Positions 19,169 through 27,001 of a stretch of DNA of 64,000 nt are shown here, piece by piece. Source of the stretch: an uncultured bacterium (GTDB taxonomy: Bacteria > Oederibacteriota > JAAXVQ01 > JAUVAV01); the NCBI GenBank assembly GCA_963710755.1, contig CAVQBK010000003.1:480001-544000 (forward strand). The letters are read 5' to 3'. Below the pieces are notes generated by a model that had not been told where the DNA came from, did no database searches, and saw only the letters and a program-made list of their open reading frames with translations. The first letter of the stretch is position 1, and every line of letters starts with the position of its first letter. The position numbers and the translations under genes were made by a program.

Positions 19169-19597
19169 ATGCAGGCAGCTATGTCCATGAACGCGTATTC
19201 GAACAGTGCCAACACAATGGGTGATTCATTCAAGTCGTCCTATCAGGAGAATCAGGTCTATACCGCCAGCCGGGAAGAATTGATTCTCATGTTGTATGAA
19301 GGGGCGCTTAAATTCATCCGCTTCAGTCTGATAGCTTTGGAAGAACAGGATGTTCCTCAAATCGGGTTTAACATCCTGCGTGCCCAGAAGATTGTCCATT
19401 ATCTGGACATGTGTCTCAACATGGAAGCAGGTAAGGCAATCGCGGAAAATTTATCGCGCCTTTATGATTACATCAATCAAAAACTTTTTGAAGGCCAGCA
19501 AAAGAAAGACGCCGAGGCCATTAAAGAGGCGGCCAAGATCATTGAAACCCTTAAAGAGGCGTGGCAAACAGGTGTGGTTAACAGGACCGAGGCTTAG
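19169..19597 (+). CDS. fliS: Flagellin export chaperone
   Basis: YQENQVYTAS..LILMLYEGA, NLSRLYDY, LKEAW. Confidence 0.95.
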   Translation: MQAAMSMNAYSNSANTMGDSFKSSYQENQVYTASREELILMLYEGALKFIRFSLIALEEQDVPQIGFNILRAQKIVHYLDMCLNMEAGKAIAENLSRLYDYINQKLFEGQQKKDAEAIKEAAKIIETLKEAWQTGVVNRTEA

Positions 19598-19633
19598 CCA
19601 ATAGTCCGCGCACGGTCTTGCTGATCGGTTTTT

Positions 19634-19668
19634 AAAAAGGATGATCCCAAAGGGATCATCCTTTTTTT
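19634..19668 (+). terminator. Intrinsic terminator after fliS
   Basis: AAAAAGGATGATCCC-AAA-GGGATCATCCTTTTTTT. Confidence 0.9.
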
Positions 19669-19677
19669 GTGCTTTTC

Positions 19678-19704
19678 TTAAAAATATGGCGGGCTTACCG
19701 AGAC
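19678..19704 (+). promoter_or_regulatory. Putative sigma28 promoter for HDOD-kinase pair 1
   Basis: TTAA-N15-ACCGAGAC immediately after the fliS terminator. Confidence 0.45.
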
Positions 19705-19745
19705 TAAGTCTATAATAACGGACAGTGGGGAAGGGGAGGCGTTGG

Positions 19746-20627
19746 GTGGATAAAAAAAAGCTCCTGAAAATCACGGAACGGATTACTGAATTTCCCACCC
19801 TGCCTACGGTCATTGCCAGGGTGATGCAGATCATGGATGACCCCAAGTCTTCGGCCGCGGACTTGACCAGTATCATTCAACTCGATCAAGCCATGATGTT
19901 CAGAATTCTCAAGATGGCCAACTCGGCTTATTACGGATTTCCCCGCGCCATTGCCACGGTGACTGAAAGCATTGTCCTGCTGGGCTTTACCACGGTGCGC
20001 AATATTATTCTTACCACCATGATCTACCAATTCGACCAGCTTTGGAACCGCCAACAAGACGTTAAGCCCGGGGCCATGGCTTTTGATCAAATGGAGGAAT
20101 GGCATCACGCCGTGGCCACGGCCATTGCCACTCGCGAACTTATCAGTCTGCAGCATCTGGGGGCTCTGGAAAATTTCGCCTATCTGGCCGGATTGATGCA
20201 TGATATCGGCAAGATCCTTTTCTTTCAGTATATGCCCGAAGATTACAAGCCCGTGCTTCAGGCCTTTCGTAAGAAAAAACAGGCCCTGTGGCAATTGGAA
20301 GAGGACATGCTGGGCGCGGATCACAGCCGGGTAGGCGCCTGGATTGTGGATAAGTGGAATTTGCCCGAAGATATTGTGGTGCCCATCAGCAACCACCACA
20401 CCCCGGAGAGATCCCAGGACCATCAAGAGCTGACCTGGGCATTGTACTGGGGCAATCATATTGCCTATGAGGCCTTGGGGGATCAGCCCCATGAGCCTGA
20501 ACCACAACTATGGCGGCAACAATTGGAAAGCATGATGGACGTGAGCCCGGAAAAGCAGGAAGCTCTGATTGTTAAAATCCGGGAAGAAGTGGATCACATT
20601 AAATCCTATATGGAACTGTCCCAATGA
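19746..20627 (+). CDS. Stand-alone HDOD domain protein
   Basis: PTLP, RILKMANSAYYG, AGLMHDIGK, DHSRVG..WNLP..HH; GTG start after GGGAGG. Confidence 0.9.
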   Translation: MDKKKLLKITERITEFPTLPTVIARVMQIMDDPKSSAADLTSIIQLDQAMMFRILKMANSAYYGFPRAIATVTESIVLLGFTTVRNIILTTMIYQFDQLWNRQQDVKPGAMAFDQMEEWHHAVATAIATRELISLQHLGALENFAYLAGLMHDIGKILFFQYMPEDYKPVLQAFRKKKQALWQLEEDMLGADHSRVGAWIVDKWNLPEDIVVPISNHHTPERSQDHQELTWALYWGNHIAYEALGDQPHEPEPQLWRQQLESMMDVSPEKQEALIVKIREEVDHIKSYMELSQ

Positions 20628-21991
20628 AGAAAAAAATCAATACCAGCCGCATAACAGGCGCAAAGAAGAAAACAGCCGTCTCACCGGTCTCCAAACGTCC
20701 GGCAGTTCCCACCCAAGCCCAGGAACCATCGGGTTTTAAAAACCATATTGATCTTTTGGAAAAGGTCAACCGCAGCCTGCGCGCCTATATTGGGGAGATG
20801 ACCAGTGTCTTCCGGTTTATCGAAACCGTGAGCGGCACTCACTCGTTGCATAAAATTCTTAAACTGCTGCTGGAAGTGGTTAAAGAATTATGTGCCTTCG
20901 ATGCCGGCGTGGTCTATCTGCATAAGCGGGGCAAGGGTGGCGGCAGTATTAAAACCCTTATGGCAGAAGACAATTCGGGTATCATCGAAAAGTTCCGCAA
21001 AACCATGGAGATCGATGAGAACATCTACGAGTGGGTGTTTCGCCAGGGCCAGGCGGTGATTATCCCCGAGAGTTTCCGTAAAAAAAATTCCCGCACCTTT
21101 AAACATTGGTCCTTTTTAATTGCGCCTTTAGTCTCCGGGCAGGAGCAGATCGGCCATCTCGAGCTGGCCTTTGACCGGCCTCAGGGCACCTTTACACAGC
21201 AGATGTTCAGTATTCTCAATGTGCTGCTCAAGCATGCCACGGTCATTCTCGTCAATGAGCGGGTTTATGAAAAAGAACGGCAGACCGCGCAAAAATATAT
21301 GGAATTGGACCTGTTGAAAAAGGACGTGGTCAACACCACCACCCATGAAATTAAAACGCCCTTGACCATCATTCAGGCGGCCAGCATCATCCTGGAAGGG
21401 GACGACAACATCACCTTGACAGAGCGCAAGGAATTGCTGGGCAAGATCATTGAACAATGCCGCCGTATTGATCTGATCGTCAACGAGCTTTTTGAAACCG
21501 CCCAGGTGGATGAACAGGTGCCGCTCATCAAGCCGCGGCCGATTAATTTAAACACTATTACCCGCGAGACCTTGAAGGATGTGCCGCACAATCCCAGCCT
21601 TGTTCATTTCGATCTGAACATTCCCGAGGCCCTGGTCACTTATGCCGACCCCAGCAGTATCTACAAAGTTTTTCGCAACTTAATTGAAAATGCCATCAAA
21701 TATTCTCCTCAAGGAGGACAGATCGTGATCCGTGCTCAGAGGCAGGACAGTAAGGTTCAGTGGATGATCAAGGATCAGGGCGTTGGTATCTCGGCCAAGG
21801 AACAGGAACAAATATTTGATAAATTTTTCCGCGGCGGTGAACTCTCCACCCGCCGGGTGGGCGGTATTGGCCTGGGGTTATATATTGTTAAAAAAAATGT
21901 GGAACTCAATCAGGGAACCGTGCGGGTGCAAAGCACACCTGGCGAAGGCACTACCTTTACGGTTACACTGCCGGGGGACAAAAGTAATTGA
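20624..21991 (+). CDS. Cytoplasmic GAF-domain sensor histidine kinase
   Basis: H-box THEIKTPL, N-box NLIENAIKY, DQGVG, GGIGLGL; GAF-like N-terminal region; no TM segment seen. Confidence 0.9.
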   Translation: MKKKINTSRITGAKKKTAVSPVSKRPAVPTQAQEPSGFKNHIDLLEKVNRSLRAYIGEMTSVFRFIETVSGTHSLHKILKLLLEVVKELCAFDAGVVYLHKRGKGGGSIKTLMAEDNSGIIEKFRKTMEIDENIYEWVFRQGQAVIIPESFRKKNSRTFKHWSFLIAPLVSGQEQIGHLELAFDRPQGTFTQQMFSILNVLLKHATVILVNERVYEKERQTAQKYMELDLLKKDVVNTTTHEIKTPLTIIQAASIILEGDDNITLTERKELLGKIIEQCRRIDLIVNELFETAQVDEQVPLIKPRPINLNTITRETLKDVPHNPSLVHFDLNIPEALVTYADPSSIYKVFRNLIENAIKYSPQGGQIVIRAQRQDSKVQWMIKDQGVGISAKEQEQIFDKFFRGGELSTRRVGGIGLGLYIVKKNVELNQGTVRVQSTPGEGTTFTVTLPGDKSN

Positions 21992-22072
21992 GGCCATTTT
22001 CCGTAATGGTAGGGATAAAATCAAACCTCCCACCTCAGACTGTATCACAACACAAAAACAAATAACTTGTTT

Positions 22073-22149
22073 GTCATTCCGGTGAATGCCGTAATCTAGT
22101 GATCTTGATTTTAAAGGCATTTCTGGACCCCGGTGAAAACCAGGATAAC
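22073..22149. repeat. Degenerate REP-like palindrome pair
   Basis: GTCATTCCGGTGAATGCCGTAATCTAG ... CTGGACCCCGGTGAAAACCAGGATAAC; related unit at 45122..45158. Confidence 0.5.
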
Positions 22150-22419
22150 GTCCACGCGCCCATGGTGCCGGCCACCTCTGCTCACTTGAATCTATATTGC
22201 TTCCCAACCGTAACACGCCTCTTTTTTAAACATTTTAATTCGATTCCCGCAAAAAAATTATCTTGTTTCCAACAGTGATGAAGAATAGGTTCCCCTAAAG
22301 TGGCTGGCACCATAGTTTACTTCGCACGGTGCAGGCCGACCTGTACCCTGCACCCGCTTATTGAGCCCGGTGCATCCAGGGTCAATTAAATTTTCCACAG
22401 CCCCTCCCCAGGCATGGTG

Positions 22420-22457
22420 TTCATTCCATACTCTGGACCCAAAGTCTATGGAATAAA
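22420..22457. promoter_or_regulatory. Putative upstream activator (bEBP) binding site 1
   Basis: TTCATTCCATA-N16-TATGGAATAAA; near-identical copy at 45581..45618. Confidence 0.7.
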
Positions 22458-22595
22458 ATCCCTAGGTCCAAGTTAAAGGTGCTCTTGCCGATTATAGCAG
22501 GGTGGCTATCTTAATCCTCCATCATATTAATCTTTATTTATAAGCGTTTTATTGAAATACACCTAGAGGCCACCTGTAATGGCATAAAAATAAAA

Positions 22596-22612
22596 TTGGC
22601 ACATCTGTTGCT
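22596..22612 (+). promoter_or_regulatory. sigma54 (-24/-12) promoter of the flgB operon
   Basis: TTGGCAC-ATCTG-TTGCT matches consensus. Confidence 0.88.
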
Positions 22613-22655
22613 TATAATAAATTCGCCAATCTATTCCAGAAAGAAGGTGGCGTTT

Positions 22656-23114
22656 ATGCACGAATCCTTTGAATCCAACTCCAGCTTGGAACCAGTGGTG
22701 AATTCCCTGGGACGAATTCAAAGCCAGATTCAGGCGTTGATGGAAATGGAAAAGTCCTGGCGCGATGAATTGGATATGGAACAGCTCCAAGAGTTGATCA
22801 AGCGCAAACGCCAGCTGATTGACAACATCCAGCACCTTATCCGTGATCAACAGAATCTGGAAATGGAATTGGTCGAAAGCAGCGGTGAGGCGCTGCCATC
22901 TCAATATAAGGATTATCGGGACAAACAGGTGGCTGCTATTCATCAAATGCTGGAAAACATCATCAACTTGCACCAGAGCCATGAACAGAAACTCCAACAG
23001 CGCGCCAGCACCCTCAAACTCAATCTGGAAGAAGTGCAGCAGGCCATTGCCCTGGTCAAGGCCTACCATGTACAAAAACCAAATCAGGCCCGTCATATTG
23101 ACCTGGCGGGATAG
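22656..23114 (+). CDS. Helical protein, possible FlgN/FliT-like flagellar chaperone
   Basis: All-helical coiled-coil pattern (LQELIKRKRQLID); first gene of the sigma54 operon. Confidence 0.5.
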   Translation: MHESFESNSSLEPVVNSLGRIQSQIQALMEMEKSWRDELDMEQLQELIKRKRQLIDNIQHLIRDQQNLEMELVESSGEALPSQYKDYRDKQVAAIHQMLENIINLHQSHEQKLQQRASTLKLNLEEVQQAIALVKAYHVQKPNQARHIDLAG

Positions 23115-23203
23115 ACGGTTGTGCAAGATCCTGCTCGGACCTCCGCGCACTGAGAGCAGAAAGATAGAAAAACCATCCCAAAGAACTCAGGGGGAGTAAG
23201 GCC

Positions 23204-23614
23204 ATGAACATTAATTTTAACGGCTTTGACCTCAATCAAGTCATGCAGGTCCTGGATGTATTACAGGTTAAACATAAGACCCTGGCCGACAACATTGCCA
23301 ATACCAATACGCCCGGGTATATCCGTCAGGACGTGAACTTCCGGCAAGAATTGGAAAAAGTGTTGGAGCAGCCGTCTCCAGCCGCGTCGTTTCAAGACTC
23401 CGGCTATCCGGGGCAAGGACTGGATGCTCTAATGGCCCAGGATATTGAGATCCAGAGTGACACCAGCCAACCGGTCAAAACTGACGGCAATAATGTCAAT
23501 TTAGAGCAGGAAATGGTGGACCTAAGCCAGACCAGTCAGGCTTACGAAATCATGACCAAGCTGGCGTCCAACCGATTTAAACTGGCCAGTTATATTGTGA
23601 GAGGAGGACATTAA
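23204..23614 (+). CDS. flgB: Basal-body rod protein
   Basis: ADNIANTNTPGY, DGNNVNLEQEM. Confidence 0.95.
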   Translation: MNINFNGFDLNQVMQVLDVLQVKHKTLADNIANTNTPGYIRQDVNFRQELEKVLEQPSPAASFQDSGYPGQGLDALMAQDIEIQSDTSQPVKTDGNNVNLEQEMVDLSQTSQAYEIMTKLASNRFKLASYIVRGGH

Positions 23615-23616
23615 GC

Positions 23617-24021
23617 ATGGAAATTTTTCCGGGCATGCTGATCAGCGCCAGTGGGCTGACTGCAGAGCGCACGCGCATGAATGTGATCGCCAATAACATT
23701 GCCAATGTCAACACCACCAAGACCGCCGACGGTTCGGTCTTCAAAAGGCAATTGGTGGAATTAATGTCCGTGGACGGGGACAGCAGCCCCACCGGCGTGC
23801 CGGGCGTGCAGGTGCAGGGCATTGTGGAAGATACGGCACCCTTTAAACTGAGCTATGAACCCAATCATCCTGATGCCAACGCGCAAGGATATGTCACCCG
23901 TCCCAACGTGGATATCATGATGGAAATGGTGGATCTTATCTCCGCCTCGCGCAGCTATGAAGCCAATGTCACGGTGCTGGAAAATGCCAAAGACATGGTG
24001 AAAAACGCCTTGGCGATCTGA
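23617..24021 (+). CDS. flgC: Basal-body rod protein
   Basis: SASGLTAERTRMNVIANNIAN, YEPNHPDA..GYV..PNV, RSYEAN. Confidence 0.97.
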   Translation: MEIFPGMLISASGLTAERTRMNVIANNIANVNTTKTADGSVFKRQLVELMSVDGDSSPTGVPGVQVQGIVEDTAPFKLSYEPNHPDANAQGYVTRPNVDIMMEMVDLISASRSYEANVTVLENAKDMVKNALAI

Positions 24022-24037
24022 AGCTTAAGGAGGTCAC

Positions 24038-24349
24038 ATGATATCCATTGAAGGCATTCCCGGTATTAAACCCATCGTCATGGATAACCTGCTGGCTCCG
24101 GAACGCACGACCGCCAAGCCGGCCGAGGGCAGTTCGTTTCAAAATCTGCTGATGGAAGGCATTAAAACCCTCAACACCCAGGATCAGGAGAGTGCAGCCG
24201 TGACCCAGGCTTTTTTAAAAGGCGAAGGCCCGTCGGTACATACGGTGATGCTGGCCACGGAGCAAGCCAAACTGAGTATGGAATTTGCCGTGCAGATTCG
24301 CAACAAGGTCATGGAAGCCTATCAAGAAGTAATGCGCATGCAGGTCTAA
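24038..24349 (+). CDS. fliE: Hook-basal body complex protein
   Basis: QIRNKVMEAYQEVMRMQV. Confidence 0.96.
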   Translation: MISIEGIPGIKPIVMDNLLAPERTTAKPAEGSSFQNLLMEGIKTLNTQDQESAAVTQAFLKGEGPSVHTVMLATEQAKLSMEFAVQIRNKVMEAYQEVMRMQV

Positions 24350-24392
24350 GCCCGCGGCAGCAAGGGTCACAACATTTTCCGGATGGTGATGC

Positions 24393-25904
24393 ATGAACCG
24401 TTTTGAACAACTGTTGAAAAAAATCACAGCTTGGTGGAGCCAAACCACCTTAAACCAAAAAATCCTGATCGTGCTTTCCGGTCTGGTGGGCCTGGGCATG
24501 ACCGCAGGCTTGATTTACTGGTCTACCCGGCCTGACTTCACCGTGCTCTACAGTAAGCTGAGCCCCCAGGATGCCAATGCCATCGTGGAAATCCTTAAGG
24601 ACAACCACACCCCCTATCGCTTGGGCGCAGGCGGGGGCACTGTCGAAGTGCCGAGCAAAGCTATTTATGACACCCGCTTGGAATTGGCCGGCAAAGGCCT
24701 GCCCAAAGGCGAAGGGGTGGGTTATGAAATTTTTGACAAAATGGCTTTTGGCGTGACCGATGAAGTTCAGCAAATTAACTTTTTGCGGGCTCTGCAAAAT
24801 GAACTGGAACGCACCATTGACTCCATTGATGCCATTGAAAAATCCCGGGTACATTTGGTGATCCCCAAGGAAGAAGGCTGGTTTCAGGAAAAATTCAAGC
24901 CTACGGCATCGGTGATGGTCCGCCTGGCCTCGGGCGGCACCCTGCTGCCCCGGCAGATCAGCAGTATTCGGCACCTCCTGGCCAGTGCGGTCAGCGGCCT
25001 GTCCCCGGAAAATGTAACCATTGTGGATACCTCGGGCAATGTACTCAGCGCAGCCGGTGATGATGATGACAACAGCGTGAGCGACCGCCAGATCGAGTAT
25101 AAGCAAAAGGTGGAAAAAACCCTGAAAGAAAAAGCGGAGAGCCTGCTGTTCAAGATTGTAGGCCCCAATAAAGCCGCAGTACAGGTGTATGCAGAAATGG
25201 ACTTTGACCAGACCCAACGGGAACAGGAATATTTTACGCCCGTGGTGGGCAAGAGCGGCCTAGTGCGCAGTGAAAAGCGCAACTCCGTGACCCCTGTCAA
25301 AAGCAATAACCAGAGCGGCGGCATGGCCGGCACAGCCAGCAATCTGCAGGGTTATCCACCGGCCGGTGTGGTGACCCGCCAGGCCAGCAGCAAGAGCGAA
25401 CAACAGGTGAGCTATGAAATGAACCGCACCGTGGAGCGCACCACCACCGCCGGCGGGCAGGTTAAAAAACTGTCGGTCGGCATTTTTATCGACGGCAACA
25501 TGAAAGAGGAGCAATTGAGCGCCATTCGCGGGGTGGTGGAAAAAGCCCTGGGTATTGACCCGCAGCGGGGCGATCAGATCGAAGTCAAGGCCTTGCCCTT
25601 CACCAGTCAGAATACGGAAGAAGAGAAGCAACTGCTGGAAAAATCCCAGCGCCAGAAATTCATCATGACCATCATCACCAAGTGGGTACCCCGGGCCTTG
25701 CTGGTGCTGGTAGGCATCGGTTTTCTGATTATGAGCATGGGTAATATGAAGAAAATGGCGGCAGCTGCAGCCCAGTCTTCCAGCGACGAGGAAGACGACG
25801 GCCCTGACTATGGGGGCCGGAGGTTTGATCCGGATAAATTCATAGGGGCGATCAAGAACAATCCCGATGAAACGGCCAAGGTACTGAAGAACTGGCTTTC
25901 TTAA
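24393..25904 (+). CDS. fliF: MS-ring protein
   Basis: GYEIFD..FG.T, RALQNELERTI, RVHLVIP, PTASV, RGDQIEV; two TM helices. Confidence 0.96.
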   Translation: MNRFEQLLKKITAWWSQTTLNQKILIVLSGLVGLGMTAGLIYWSTRPDFTVLYSKLSPQDANAIVEILKDNHTPYRLGAGGGTVEVPSKAIYDTRLELAGKGLPKGEGVGYEIFDKMAFGVTDEVQQINFLRALQNELERTIDSIDAIEKSRVHLVIPKEEGWFQEKFKPTASVMVRLASGGTLLPRQISSIRHLLASAVSGLSPENVTIVDTSGNVLSAAGDDDDNSVSDRQIEYKQKVEKTLKEKAESLLFKIVGPNKAAVQVYAEMDFDQTQREQEYFTPVVGKSGLVRSEKRNSVTPVKSNNQSGGMAGTASNLQGYPPAGVVTRQASSKSEQQVSYEMNRTVERTTTAGGQVKKLSVGIFIDGNMKEEQLSAIRGVVEKALGIDPQRGDQIEVKALPFTSQNTEEEKQLLEKSQRQKFIMTIITKWVPRALLVLVGIGFLIMSMGNMKKMAAAAAQSSSDEEDDGPDYGGRRFDPDKFIGAIKNNPDETAKVLKNWLS

Positions 25905-25975
25905 TCAGTACTCCTCCCATTGAACCGCATTCAAAGACGGCGGGACGAGGGTAGTAGTCAAGTGAGGTTCAGGGT

Positions 25976-27001
25976 ATGGCGTTAAAGGACGATCAAAAAA
26001 AAGAACGCCTCCACAAGGTGGCGGTACTGCTCACGCTTATTGGCAAAGAGGCTGCCCAGGAGATTATCAAACAGTTTCCGCCCGATGAGATTGAACGTAT
26101 CAGCCGTGAAATGATGAAATGTGAATCTGTGGACAGCCAGGAAGGGGAGCAAGTGCTGCGGGAGTTTTTTACGGCCATTGGCAGCAGCCATAGTCTGGCC
26201 AAGGGTGGGGCTCATTACGTCGAGGACGTGCTGGCACCGGCCCTGGATCCGGAGCGGGCCCAACGTCTGCTACGTAAACTGCGCAATCCCAACCAGGTCA
26301 TGCCCTTTGATGATTTTCGGGATGTGGCCCCCAGTATTATCATCGATGTGCTCAAAGAGGAACATCCCCAGACCATGGCCCTGGTGATTTCCAATTTACC
26401 CAGTGATGTCTCGGCGCAGATCATCCACCAACTGCCGGAAAAATTGCAGCAGGAGGTGGCCAGGCGCATTGCCACCCTCGATCAAAGCGCACCCGATATG
26501 ACCACCATCCACGACATTGAGGATCGCCTGCGGGAAAAGATCAAGCAGGAAGAAGCCAAACCACAATTACTCAAAATTGGAGGTGTGCAAACAGCGGCAG
26601 ATATTCTCAATCAACTGGACAAACAGGCAGCGGGCAGCATTTTGGAAACGATTGAAGGTGCTAATGAAGAGTTGGCCAATGCCATCAAAATGCGCATGGT
26701 GCGTATGGAGGATATGATCAAACTCAACGATATGGAAGTTCAGCGCGTGCTCAAGGAAGTGGAGACCCAGGATCTGGCCGTGGCTTGCAACCGCCTCGAT
26801 GCCGGGGTTCAGGACATGATCTTCCGTAACATGTCCTCCCGGGGCGCGGAAATGCTCAAGGATGACATTGAGGTTATGGAAAATGTCAAACCTGAAGCCA
26901 TTCGCGAGGCACGGCGTAAGATTGCCGAGATTATGCGCCGTCTCGATGATGAAGGCAGCATCATGCTCAACAAGCAAAACCTGGAGGAAGACATTGTCTA
27001 A
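25976..27001 (+). CDS. fliG: Motor switch (rotor) protein
   Basis: EHPQTMAL, GG linker, NMSSRGAEMLKDD charged helix. Confidence 0.96.
   Translation: MALKDDQKKERLHKVAVLLTLIGKEAAQEIIKQFPPDEIERISREMMKCESVDSQEGEQVLREFFTAIGSSHSLAKGGAHYVEDVLAPALDPERAQRLLRKLRNPNQVMPFDDFRDVAPSIIIDVLKEEHPQTMALVISNLPSDVSAQIIHQLPEKLQQEVARRIATLDQSAPDMTTIHDIEDRLREKIKQEEAKPQLLKIGGVQTAADILNQLDKQAAGSILETIEGANEELANAIKMRMVRMEDMIKLNDMEVQRVLKEVETQDLAVACNRLDAGVQDMIFRNMSSRGAEMLKDDIEVMENVKPEAIREARRKIAEIMRRLDDEGSIMLNKQNLEEDIV

Noticed and set aside
22306-22322. Second sigma54-like TGGCAC box
   Set aside because: The -12 element reads TTTAC, not TTGC, at the required spacing
22468-22494. GCCGATTA sigma28 -10-like box upstream of the flgB operon
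   Set aside because: No convincing -35 at 15-16 nt; the consensus sigma54 promoter explains the operon
26862-26993. ORF-track N-terminal extension of the FliH-FliI ORF
   Set aside because: Overlaps fliG in another frame; TTG at 26994 has a GGAGGA RBS and a FliH-like start
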